Under the pieces are notes generated by a model. The model saw nothing but the letters and a program-made list of their open reading frames with translations, was not told the DNA's origin and did no database searches. Below, one piece after another: positions 1 to 8,792 of a stretch of DNA of 64,000 bases (position 1 is the stretch's first letter; each line of letters starts with the position of its first letter). The DNA lies in the IMG/VR virus record IMGVR_UViG_3300046168_000050, one strand, 5' to 3'. Made by a program: the position numbers and the translations under genes. Source of the DNA: a virus.

Positions 1-123
1 GATTATTTAGAGACTAGATTTTAGGTTGTTGTGATTGTTTAGTTGGTGCTATTATATATCAAATACACGAAATTGAAAACAGTTAAATGCGCTGTTTTAA
101 AAATAATATTTTGTTTTTAGGGG

Positions 124-152
124 TTTACAAATATTAAATATCGATGTATAAT
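124..152 (+). promoter_or_regulatory. sigma70-type promoter (GTTTACA-17-TATAAT, T4 early-like), antisense to the spanin genes
   Basis: TTTACA 124-129, 17 bp spacer, TATAAT 147-152. Confidence 0.55.
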
Positions 153-160
153 AAGAAGAG

Positions 161-538
161 CTATTCTGAGGGAGGTGATACATCTGTAGGAGTTAAAGCT
201 TCTTCATAATATCCTATGATAGCCTGTGTATCTTTTATGTACCTACGCATCTCAGCAATACCTAACGCTAGATTTTCATATCCTTTTGGAGTAATTGCAA
301 AGAATACTACGTTACCAGTTTTAGCTTCGAGTTCTGCAATCTTTTCATCTAGATTTTCTTCAGTTACTACATACCAATCGACAGGAGGAAATTGTACTGC
401 CTTAGGTCTCTCTTGAAGAGGAACATTTTGTTTAGCGTATTCGGTTGAAACAACTACTTCTGTTTCGGGCGCTCTATTGCCCAGACACGCTGTCAGTAGA
501 AGCAGGCTCATCACTGGGAGGAGTAGTTTCGGCTTCAA
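161..538 (-). CDS. o-spanin-like outer-membrane lipoprotein (Rz1-like)
   Basis: Lipobox LLLLTAC followed by Pro-rich segment; overlaps 3' end of upstream i-spanin; start probably TTG 538 or ATG 511 rather than 595. Confidence 0.7.
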   Translation of the reverse strand: MKPKLLLPVMSLLLLTACLGNRAPETEVVVSTEYAKQNVPLQERPKAVQFPPVDWYVVTEENLDEKIAELEAKTGNVVFFAITPKGYENLALGIAEMRRYIKDTQAIIGYYEEALTPTDVSPPSE

Positions 539-893
539 TTTTTTGGAGTAATTTGCCAACGGCGTTGTCAACCCTATCTTCAAGTCCTTGTGCATTTGTT
601 AATGCCTCCATAGTCAAATCTATCTTAGCAAATACACCTCTAAGCTTGTCAAGGTGTTGCTGTGATTGTTGCAATCTTTTTGTTAAATCTTTATTCAGCT
701 GTTCATTCTTTTTTTGATCAGCTTGAATCTGTTCAATAGTAGCCTGTAAAGTTTCGGCTGTAGTTTTAAGCTTTACGTTATTTTCTCTAAGAGTATTTAT
801 AGTAGCTTCAGACCAGATATAATACTGGTATCCGCCATACCCCACTCCACTGAGTAAGCTTACTACGATTAATATTAAATATAATTTAGCCAT
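474..893 (-). CDS. i-spanin-like inner-membrane protein (Rz-like)
   Basis: N-terminal TM helix plus long coiled coil; paired with overlapping lipoprotein gene. Confidence 0.7.
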   Translation of the reverse strand: MAKLYLILIVVSLLSGVGYGGYQYYIWSEATINTLRENNVKLKTTAETLQATIEQIQADQKKNEQLNKDLTKRLQQSQQHLDKLRGVFAKIDLTMEALTNAQGLEDRVDNAVGKLLQKIEAETTPPSDEPASTDSVSGQ

Positions 894-1326
894 TATCTTC
901 CATATGCCTTCTAAATCTTTTTAGCAAAACAGGCAGTTTATTTTTTTTACGTCTACGGTCTGTTACATGTATTTCTTTAGCTCTTGGGCCCATGTTAGCA
1001 GTATCTTGAGGAATTCCGGCGTCAGCAGTAGTAGTCACTTCTTCTAGTGATTCAAACTGAAATGTTTTAGAATAATCTGCCACTTTCTTACCTCTCTTAT
1101 CATATTGACCAGCATCCATGGCCTGTTGTTTAGCATAAGCTTTAGGGCTGTAAGTATCACCCCATTCCCAATCTTTATATCGTGGATCCCATTCTAAAAC
1201 TTTCCACTCACTGTTTTTGTGCCGCTCGTATTCATCTAGCTGCTTCTCAATCTTAAACCGTCGGCCAGTAGGAAACTTAATTTCTAACTCGCCACTAGGG
1301 CCAGCTTTTTTCCATCTAGGTATCAT
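886..1326 (-). CDS. hypothetical protein (possible virion protein)
   Basis: ORF coupled by overlaps to both neighbours; internal SLEE motif. Confidence 0.6.
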   Translation of the reverse strand: MIPRWKKAGPSGELEIKFPTGRRFKIEKQLDEYERHKNSEWKVLEWDPRYKDWEWGDTYSPKAYAKQQAMDAGQYDKRGKKVADYSKTFQFESLEEVTTTADAGIPQDTANMGPRAKEIHVTDRRRKKNKLPVLLKRFRRHMEDNG

Positions 1327-1913
1327 CTAGACAGCTCGCTTATTGCAACGTAAATATTTTTATTTGTTTTGCTATGGGTTACTTCATAAATGTTTAATCC
1401 AAATATTTCACCGATTGGGTAACAATCTTCTGAAACTATAACTTTATCTCTTGGTTTAACAACCTCGTCGAATGTGTCATTAATAAGTTTTTCACTTAAT
1501 ACCTTATATGATCCTGGAGATAATTTATTATTTTCTAATACAAACCATTCTGTTTGTTCAGACATAAAATCAAGCGGATCAATATTAAGTGATTTTTTTA
1601 TTTCTTTATCGCTGACACCAAACTTTTCTTTTAGTAAGAATAGCGCTGCAGCGTAAGAAGCTATTCTAGACCCACCACCAGGCACCTTTGCCATAATTTT
1701 TTTGATATTAAATACCAGCCTATGAAAAGGAGTATAATAATTTTTATACGTATCCCTATTATCCATAGTATTAAGATCAAATGTTTTTAATTTTTTACCG
1801 TCTTTATCGATGATACCTTTTTTGTAGGCTTCGGTATCTTCAAAACTTGTAGTAAGAAGCCTTAAGAATCTAAACGTATAGACAAGATCACCAGCTCGTT
1901 TGACCAATCCCAT
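1323..1913 (-). CDS. conserved T4-like phage hypothetical protein
   Basis: DLVYTFRFLRLLTTSF..TEAYKKGIIDKDG N-terminus typical of marine T4-like late gene. Confidence 0.7.
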   Translation of the reverse strand: MGLVKRAGDLVYTFRFLRLLTTSFEDTEAYKKGIIDKDGKKLKTFDLNTMDNRDTYKNYYTPFHRLVFNIKKIMAKVPGGGSRIASYAAALFLLKEKFGVSDKEIKKSLNIDPLDFMSEQTEWFVLENNKLSPGSYKVLSEKLINDTFDEVVKPRDKVIVSEDCYPIGEIFGLNIYEVTHSKTNKNIYVAISELSR

Positions 1914-2281
1914 TATATTTTCCTTAATTTGTCTACTACATTCTGATCCATTGTTATATCAGTATACTGATCATTTTTAATATAATTTAAGAAGATAAGA
2001 AACGGTTTTAAAGCTGACCAATATCTATCTTCTATTTGATACTCTAGCATTCTCAATGTCGGTTGTACATCAAATACGTTAAACAATACTATAAGATGAT
2101 TAAGTATTAATCTTTCAGGCACACTACCATTATTAGCATAACGAAAAAATAAACGTTTAAGATACATAAATCTTTTCATGTCATTATAAAATTCTTCAGC
2201 ATCTATACAATTAGGCTTATAGTATTGCTGCATTGCATAAAGCATAAAGTTATCTTCTGACAACTTATCAAATAATTTCAT
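1913..2281 (-). CDS. conserved T4-like phage hypothetical protein
   Basis: NFMLYAM..YYKP.C...EEFY.D.KRF.YLKRL...ERLILNH motif. Confidence 0.75.
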   Translation of the reverse strand: MKLFDKLSEDNFMLYAMQQYYKPNCIDAEEFYNDMKRFMYLKRLFFRYANNGSVPERLILNHLIVLFNVFDVQPTLRMLEYQIEDRYWSALKPFLIFLNYIKNDQYTDITMDQNVVDKLRKI

Positions 2282-2322
2282 AACACACCTAATTAGTTTT
2301 TATATACTAAATTATATATAAA

Positions 2323-2679
2323 CTATTTACTAAGTACTGTTTTCATTGCTTGTACTAAAGACTTTTTAGACTTTCTACGGTCAAGCTCAACGCCATTTTC
2401 ACGCCCGAGCTCTTCAAGTTCAACTTTAGACATGTCTTCTAGTTCCATGTCCATCATAGCAGACTGAATCTTGCCTTCAGTAATCATATCTTGTACATCT
2501 TCTTGTGTTGCTTCTTGCACTATAGGAGCCGCCGCAGGAGTCACGTTGCCATGAAATGCATCGACTTCTGCTTGAGTAAATCTAGAAGACTTATATAATT
2601 CCCCAGACTTAGGATCTACCCAACCTTTATTTTTATCTGGAACTGCGTGTGCACACCACGCCGGTGGTTTAATTGCCAT
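2323..2679 (-). CDS. hypothetical protein with C-terminal Rho-N/HeH-like domain
   Basis: Start reassigned to MAIKPP (2679); LEDMSKVELEELGRENGVELDRRKSK. Confidence 0.6.
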   Translation of the reverse strand: MAIKPPAWCAHAVPDKNKGWVDPKSGELYKSSRFTQAEVDAFHGNVTPAAAPIVQEATQEDVQDMITEGKIQSAMMDMELEDMSKVELEELGRENGVELDRRKSKKSLVQAMKTVLSK

Positions 2680-2683
2680 AATA

Positions 2684-3628
2684 TTATGCCTTTGTTGCTG
2701 ATGGAATAACTTTACTGTCGCCTGCCTTATTGTCGTTGGTTCTAGCTTTTTTACTGGGTCCAGCATTAGCTGCCTTTTTAACATCATCACCTGAAGCTTC
2801 AGGGTTATCTTTAACATCCTTTGTAGTATTTAACATATCCTGAGCACCTTTAGATGATTTAGATGCATCATTAGGTTCTTGTGCGGCTGCAGCACTTTTG
2901 TAATGCTCTCCACGCTTTTCCATGATCCGCGTATATACTGGCCATACAGTTGATTCAATTGCAGAAACCTCGTTATCACCCATTTTAGCTTTCTTGGTTT
3001 CTTTTTTAGGATTAACTACTACTTCGTCCTCTTCGTTCTTAGACGCCTTAGGAATATCAAAAGGAGCTTTCTTCAAAGTAACGGCTTTCTTACCCTTTTC
3101 TGACGAGGCTGAAGCCTTTGCTAACTTTTTAGCTAGTGCCATGTTTTTACTCTCTTCAACTTCTTCTTTCATAGATTTTTTATATAGATCCAATGCCTTT
3201 GCGTACTTTGGATTCTTCATCATACGTTTTGATTCACCGTGATCTGGATCATCGTGAGCCATACGAACAGTAGGTTCATCTAAGTTATGAGTTTTCATAT
3301 GCTTTTTATATGCATCAAACTTTTTAGGATCAACAGTTTTGCCAAAACTTTTACTCATAGGTCTCATGCTGCGAGAAATTTCATCCAAACTTGCTTCTTT
3401 TACGTCATCAGCAATTGCCTTAGCGGTATCTTTTTTCATAGTAACAGGATATTTTTTACCTGCAAAATTAAAGTGTGATTTACCAGCTTTATGTGCTCCA
3501 GCCGCTGCGCCGTGGAACGCGGTGCGCTCTGCTGCTTGAATAGTTTCTGGGATCTCAAATTCGTTGAGTTTATTTTCTGCGACCTGTTGCAGTGCGGCCG
3601 CCATTTTACTAATTGATTCTTGATTCAT
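2684..3628 (-). CDS. probable head-internal virion protein
   Basis: K/E/A-rich, many gp21-type xE sites (LNE, VKE, LDE, MKE, IME). Confidence 0.55.
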   Translation of the reverse strand: MNQESISKMAAALQQVAENKLNEFEIPETIQAAERTAFHGAAAGAHKAGKSHFNFAGKKYPVTMKKDTAKAIADDVKEASLDEISRSMRPMSKSFGKTVDPKKFDAYKKHMKTHNLDEPTVRMAHDDPDHGESKRMMKNPKYAKALDLYKKSMKEEVEESKNMALAKKLAKASASSEKGKKAVTLKKAPFDIPKASKNEEDEVVVNPKKETKKAKMGDNEVSAIESTVWPVYTRIMEKRGEHYKSAAAAQEPNDASKSSKGAQDMLNTTKDVKDNPEASGDDVKKAANAGPSKKARTNDNKAGDSKVIPSATKA

Positions 3629-3637
3629 TTTATTTCC

Positions 3638-3922
3638 TTACATCCAAATTTGGGCTGCGATTGCACTGGCGCCAACAGCAATGGCAATCCAGAATAATTT
3701 ATTGATGACGTTAACGGTATGGGCGTTTTCATCACATTTTTTTTCGATGATATCAAGTTTTTCTGAAAACTTGTTCATTCTAGTCCAGGAGTCATCCCTA
3801 TACTTATTGTATGAATCCATCTTCTCTTCAAATCTTGCAAGTGTGACTAATGCGTCTGCCATTTTGTCCATCTTATCTTCGATCCGGTCGAGTCGGGCTT
3901 CCCAGTTAACTTCTACCATCAA
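3638..3922 (-). CDS. coiled-coil protein with C-terminal TM (XhlA/holin-like)
   Basis: RLDRIEDKMDK heptads, C-terminal hydrophobic helix, late promoter upstream. Confidence 0.5.
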   Translation of the reverse strand: MMVEVNWEARLDRIEDKMDKMADALVTLARFEEKMDSYNKYRDDSWTRMNKFSEKLDIIEKKCDENAHTVNVINKLFWIAIAVGASAIAAQIWM

Positions 3923-3947
3923 TAGTTTCCATTTAATTTATTAGTGT

Positions 3948-3955
3948 TATTTATA
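3948..3955 (-). promoter_or_regulatory. T4 late promoter TATAAATA
   Basis: Exact consensus, intergenic; gp55 encoded in window. Confidence 0.75.
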
Positions 3956-3976
3956 ATATAAATTATTTACTGACAT

Positions 3977-4240
3977 CTAACAATTCCAGCGCCTACGTGC
4001 TGCTTTACCTCTTTCACCAGTCCAACTTTTTGATCTTGCACAAAACGATTTCCTACGACCAGCCGCCTTAGATCCCTTTTTTAGTTTACTGGGTTTAGTT
4101 GTAACAGCTGTTTGTAGTTTACTACCTGGATTCGCCCGTTTAAACGCATCGACGCCTTTCTGAGTCATACCAGCACCCTTGTCGGCTGAACGAAAGTGTC
4201 CTTTAGAATCTTTTTCTAAAAATGTTTTAAACTTATCCAC
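3977..4240 (-). CDS. small basic protein (DUF6321-like), CTS-like N-terminus
   Basis: NPGSKL...RRKSFCAR...ARRRWNC; N-term MDKFKTFLE. Confidence 0.7.
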   Translation of the reverse strand: MDKFKTFLEKDSKGHFRSADKGAGMTQKGVDAFKRANPGSKLQTAVTTKPSKLKKGSKAAGRRKSFCARSKSWTGERGKAARRRWNC

Positions 4241-4466
4241 CGAACTCGTGCCCCGCTACCCTACGCATTTGCTTGTTAAATTCAGATTGTGATGGCTTAG
4301 ATTTATATAGTTTAATAGAAATCTCAGGGCGTTCTTTACCTTTGATTCTCCAGTTATGGCCTTTTTCTTTATGATCAGCACTAGTAGTTTTAACAACACG
4401 ACGTTTGTATCCGGCCTCCCAGGACTCAGACTTTTTTTCTACCATAAACTGCTTAAAACTAATCAT
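4233..4466 (-). CDS. small basic protein, CTS-like N-terminus
   Basis: MISFKQFMVE; overlaps both neighbours. Confidence 0.65.
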   Translation of the reverse strand: MISFKQFMVEKKSESWEAGYKRRVVKTTSADHKEKGHNWRIKGKERPEISIKLYKSKPSQSEFNKQMRRVAGHEFGG

Positions 4467-5703
4467 TTGTTTTCTCTTTATTCAGCATTTTACGCAGCTT
4501 AAGAAGCTTCTCTTTATTGCTATCTGATACCTTTGCTACTTTAGTTGTAGCTTCTGATTTCATAGCATTTTTTACATGCCGCAGTTTTTGTTGATACTTA
4601 GCAATCTCTTGGTCAATAGACGGATTTTTTGCACCTTTTAATTTTTTAGTTTGAAGATCACCGATTTGTCTGCTAAAACTAGCATGCTTATCTTTTAATT
4701 TATTTGCCGGATGTTTAAGATAAGGATTCATGTCTTCTTCAACTGCCTCACCATAAGGTTTTTTAGTAACTGCTTTGCGAAACTGCTTGGCTCTCACGTT
4801 TGTAGCCATGTCCATACCTTTTTCGCGCCGGCGAATAACATCTTTTTCTTTTGAGATGTCTTTATTGCCTCTTACAATCTTTGCAGTTGCAGAGTTACGC
4901 GCACGATCACTTTGTGCTTTAGCTTTATTATGATACCTATCCATTGCTCCTGGAGTATCTAATACTTCATCAACTGATTCTTTTTTTCTTTTTATTCCTA
5001 CAGCGTGTATAGCACCCTTTAAACGGTTATTTGCTTTTCTTGTACCGCTGAAAGCATCATCACCCTTTGTTTTATCTAAATAAGATTGGGCGGTTTTTTT
5101 AGAAATTTCGTTAACTTCTTCTTTCATATCTTTAACTTTACCATTCTTTAAATGGCGCTTAATAGTTTTACCAGCTTTTGTTTGCATAGTTACAATATGA
5201 CCACCATCTGGGTGAGGCTTACTATTGATGATTTTCATTTTGTCACGCTGCCCGGCATAAGTATTAGCTTCATTTTTCTTTTGAGCCGCAATATATTCTT
5301 TTCTACTGCACCAATTTTCTCCGGCCATGTCATAAGCGTCGTACATGCAGCTTTCGTTTGTGGGCTTACCATACGTATCACCGCATGATTTACACACTTT
5401 TTCTTTCATAGAATAAGATTCATTCTTTGGAACACAATTAGGTACCATTTTGTTTCCCTTTTTCTTCATTCCAACTTGCTTATGGCTATCCCAACAAGCT
5501 TCATCTGTTTTTTTCTTAAAGGTTTCAAGACCTTTTTTACTACCAGCAGCCATTCTGTCAGCTTTATTAGCCTGAGTAGTTGCAATGCGCTTCATACCGC
5601 CTTCACTCTTAACTACTTCTTTATCTACAGGAACCATACGAATTTTAGGTTTTCCATCAGGTCCTACATATTTTTCAGGTTTTCTGTCTGCTGATTTTGT
5701 CAT
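4459..5703 (-). CDS. basic modular head protein
   Basis: EACWD..KQVGMKKKGNKMVPNCVPKNE module; repeated xNE/xDE/xEE junctions. Confidence 0.6.
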   Translation of the reverse strand: MTKSADRKPEKYVGPDGKPKIRMVPVDKEVVKSEGGMKRIATTQANKADRMAAGSKKGLETFKKKTDEACWDSHKQVGMKKKGNKMVPNCVPKNESYSMKEKVCKSCGDTYGKPTNESCMYDAYDMAGENWCSRKEYIAAQKKNEANTYAGQRDKMKIINSKPHPDGGHIVTMQTKAGKTIKRHLKNGKVKDMKEEVNEISKKTAQSYLDKTKGDDAFSGTRKANNRLKGAIHAVGIKRKKESVDEVLDTPGAMDRYHNKAKAQSDRARNSATAKIVRGNKDISKEKDVIRRREKGMDMATNVRAKQFRKAVTKKPYGEAVEEDMNPYLKHPANKLKDKHASFSRQIGDLQTKKLKGAKNPSIDQEIAKYQQKLRHVKNAMKSEATTKVAKVSDSNKEKLLKLRKMLNKEKTND

Positions 5704-5704
5704 T

Positions 5705-5962
5705 TTAGCCTCTTACTTTCGCTGCCAGATCTTTGTCTGCTTTTCCCCATGTACCAGATGATTTGGTAACAAATGAATTTACTCTTGCATGTCCCCATTG
5801 TGATGGAGTAGTACCCGGCCGATGACCGGTTTTCCACGCGGCTACACCTCTATTATAAACCTGACGAAGAACGCCTAATGGCATGCCAGTTTTTTCTGCT
5901 TTCTTTTTTAAAGAAGCTGTCGCATCTTCTGCAATATATGCTTTAAAATTAATCATCGCCAT
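5705..5962 (-). CDS. DUF5824-like small basic protein, CTS-like N-terminus
   Basis: LRQVYNRGVAAWKTGHRPG...QWGHARVNSF; N-term MINFKAYIAE. Confidence 0.7.
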   Translation of the reverse strand: MAMINFKAYIAEDATASLKKKAEKTGMPLGVLRQVYNRGVAAWKTGHRPGTTPSQWGHARVNSFVTKSSGTWGKADKDLAAKVRG

Positions 5963-7100
5963 ACATCTTTCTATATTTTATGGTGTGTTTAGATAATCTT
6001 GTTTTTGCTTTTGCATCACCAGGCGCAGGCTTATATGCCTTTGGATCACTATCAGACATTTTTGCCTGTTTTTTAAACTGCCTATCTCTTGCAATTTTCT
6101 GTGCTTTCTTTAGGCCTCTATGATAATTAGCCGGCTGAGAACCTGGCCTATCTTTAATGTCACTATCTTGTGCTTCTGTTGTTTCACCTGGAGTTATTTT
6201 CTTAGCTTTTCTAGTTGATTCGGGCGTACCCCAATCAGGTTTATCCGCATACATTGATGCTTCATTAGTAATATCTGAATCTATCTTAGACACATCATCA
6301 AGCCAGCATCTCCACGTTTCATTTTTTGACTCTACTATAAGATAGTTTGTGCCAAGGTATTTTATATTGCCTACAATACCCTTTTTAGTTAGTACAACTT
6401 TTTCACCTTCTTCAAAAATATTATCTTTAAGATAAGCCTCACGCAGGTCAGAGACGGGCTCTAATTGAATATGATTTTTAAATTGTTTTTCTTCTTTTAG
6501 CCCTAGCCCAGACCTTACATCATTAAATAATCGTTTTGCGTTTGAATTTGACATATTGGATGGAAGGCTTCTGGCAAACCCAGTAAAATCATTGGCTACG
6601 GCATATTCCCTCTGTTTAGTTCCGGATGCGCCTTCTGCTCCATCAGCATCGGGGTCTCTTTCACCTGCAGATATAATTTTTATGCCGCCTTCAAAATTAT
6701 AAAATCCATGATCACCTTTTTTTCCATTATATTTATTTAAACGCACATCATATTGAGTAACGCGATCTGATCCTGCAACCATAACTACCTTCTTATAACC
6801 TTGATCATATAAAAATGATAAAGCATGAAAAGGTGTTTTAATTTTATTATTTAAAATAATAGACCGTGCGTGCTTCGGAAACATTTTTCTAATATGTTTT
6901 ACTTTATCTTTATATTGCAACGGATTTTTTTTCTTGTCATTAGATTGTGACAAGAATATTCTATATGGAAATCTCCGTGCTTTTTTAGATAAAGTATCTA
7001 GTAACTTACCATGACCAATAGTAGGTGGATTCATTCTACCAAAGGTAAAATAAACTACATTTTCTTCTTCAACAAGAAACTGACTAAAACGATTTATCAT
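5949..7100 (-). CDS. HxGH nucleotidyltransferase (cytidylyltransferase/NMNAT-like) with C-terminal extensions
   Basis: FGRMNPPTIGH, AGSDR, SGTKQR motifs; N-term MINRFSQFLVEE. Confidence 0.8.
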   Translation of the reverse strand: MINRFSQFLVEEENVVYFTFGRMNPPTIGHGKLLDTLSKKARRFPYRIFLSQSNDKKKNPLQYKDKVKHIRKMFPKHARSIILNNKIKTPFHALSFLYDQGYKKVVMVAGSDRVTQYDVRLNKYNGKKGDHGFYNFEGGIKIISAGERDPDADGAEGASGTKQREYAVANDFTGFARSLPSNMSNSNAKRLFNDVRSGLGLKEEKQFKNHIQLEPVSDLREAYLKDNIFEEGEKVVLTKKGIVGNIKYLGTNYLIVESKNETWRCWLDDVSKIDSDITNEASMYADKPDWGTPESTRKAKKITPGETTEAQDSDIKDRPGSQPANYHRGLKKAQKIARDRQFKKQAKMSDSDPKAYKPAPGDAKAKTRLSKHTIKYRKMYGDD

Positions 7101-7101
7101 A

Positions 7102-7557
7102 TTACCCGCGTTTTCTACCTAATTCTGTTTGACGTATTTTAGGAAGCATTTTTTTGGCCAACCTAGTTATTCTAGGGGCCATTTTATCTAAACGCTTTTC
7201 AATCTCTTGTTTCCGGGCCGGAGTAAGATCTGCCTTTGAAATACCCTTAGTAAGCTTTTTAGCTATCGCATTACGAGCAGCCTTACGAGATCTTTTAGCA
7301 AGAACCTTAGGGTTAGCAACTTTAGCTGCTGCCTTTTTACGGCCAACTGCTAACCTAGCCTGATACTTTTTCATTGATCTTGCTTTAGCTCTTCTCTGGG
7401 TCATAGTAAGAGCCTCATCAGTAGGTTCTACTGATTCACCGGTATTTCCGGTAGGCGAATATTGTTTACGTTTTTTGGCTGCTTGCTTAATCAGGTCATC
7501 TTCACCTGGCATGTAATCAACAGCCATAAAGTCTTTAAAATTTAAATTCTTTGCCAT
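7102..7557 (-). CDS. basic virion/core-like protein
   Basis: Highly K/R-rich after ..TDEALT; N-term NFKDFM. Confidence 0.6.
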   Translation of the reverse strand: MAKNLNFKDFMAVDYMPGEDDLIKQAAKKRKQYSPTGNTGESVEPTDEALTMTQRRAKARSMKKYQARLAVGRKKAAAKVANPKVLAKRSRKAARNAIAKKLTKGISKADLTPARKQEIEKRLDKMAPRITRLAKKMLPKIRQTELGRKRG

Positions 7558-8787
7558 TTAGTTCCTCGTTGGCTTATCCCATCCCTTTAATATATCTGGT
7601 GAAAAATTATTGTATGAAAATTCCATACGATCAATAATTTTTACCGCATCACCACCAAGTTTATCAATTGCTACATAACCTTCTTCACCGGTTACTTTAT
7701 AACCGTTACGAGTTTTAACGAAAGTATTGATTTTACTCAATTTATTAAGGTTATTTATAAGTTTTAATTTTGCTAAAACTATAACCTTTTGCAAATCAAA
7801 CATATACTTTAGGCTATCTTTATTACCTTGTGAGAAAAAACTAAGTATTTCATTTAGTTTTTTCTGTTGTGCCGACTTACCCTTTTCACTTTTACGTTTA
7901 TCTATTTCTTTCTGATACTTCTGACTAATCCACTTGATAAGTGCGGTGACATGTCTGTTGGTATCTCCAATGATTTGCCCTTGTCTGACATAGGAGTTAT
8001 TGAATTGCTCCACAAGCCTGGCAAGCTCTGTATTGGATTCCAGTTGTCGTAGAGTTGATCCGGCGATTTTATTGAATATAAACCCAGCTTGCGAAAGATA
8101 GTCGCTAACAATTTCGGTATCCTTTTTGCTCATAGTAACATTAGTTAAGTCTCTTAGCATTGCATCTTGAGACCATACACTTTTAACTGATTTTAGTTTT
8201 GAAACATCAACACCGTAAGAAGCTTTCATAGATTCAAAAGTATTACCCTTATAGGTTGTATGCCAGACAATACCAATTTTTGCAGATTTAACTGCTTCAG
8301 CTCCAGCCGATTTACTTGGCAATGCATAAACAATAGTATTCGGATGAAATGTTACATAAGATTCACTTTTTATCTTTTTCGTCTTGACATCTCCAGGGCC
8401 AAATAAAAAGTCTCCTTGTATTACACCTTTAATCCCTAAGGCTGGAAGGTGCTTAAGAGCCAGCTTAAGTTTAACTGCAAGATCACCAGAAGTGTCAGCG
8501 TCCACGTCAGCATTAGACTTATATACCTTAGGATTTTTATTGAAAATTCCTTTCTTAGCAACAAAGAAATTACCATCGCGGGGATCAGTGCCAGCAAAGA
8601 TGGCAGGTGCTCCGTCCCACTTAACACTGACAGATCCATCATGCACTCCTCTTAACATATCTCTCAATTCACGCAAAGCTAGAATAGCCTGCCTTGTACC
8701 CTTAACGCCGCCATAGATAACTTTATCCTCTATGTGCGTCATATGAGTATTTTTACTTTCTTTTATATATGATGTAAAGTTTTCCAT
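7558..8787 (-). CDS. ligase-fold nucleotidyltransferase (DUF6267-like)
   Basis: KNTHMTHIED; ligase-like motifs VKWDG (I), QGD (III), EGYV (IV), VKI (V); N-term MENFTSYIKE. Confidence 0.7.
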   Translation of the reverse strand: MENFTSYIKESKNTHMTHIEDKVIYGGVKGTRQAILALRELRDMLRGVHDGSVSVKWDGAPAIFAGTDPRDGNFFVAKKGIFNKNPKVYKSNADVDADTSGDLAVKLKLALKHLPALGIKGVIQGDFLFGPGDVKTKKIKSESYVTFHPNTIVYALPSKSAGAEAVKSAKIGIVWHTTYKGNTFESMKASYGVDVSKLKSVKSVWSQDAMLRDLTNVTMSKKDTEIVSDYLSQAGFIFNKIAGSTLRQLESNTELARLVEQFNNSYVRQGQIIGDTNRHVTALIKWISQKYQKEIDKRKSEKGKSAQQKKLNEILSFFSQGNKDSLKYMFDLQKVIVLAKLKLINNLNKLSKINTFVKTRNGYKVTGEEGYVAIDKLGGDAVKIIDRMEFSYNNFSPDILKGWDKPTRN

Positions 8788-8792
8788 TATTT

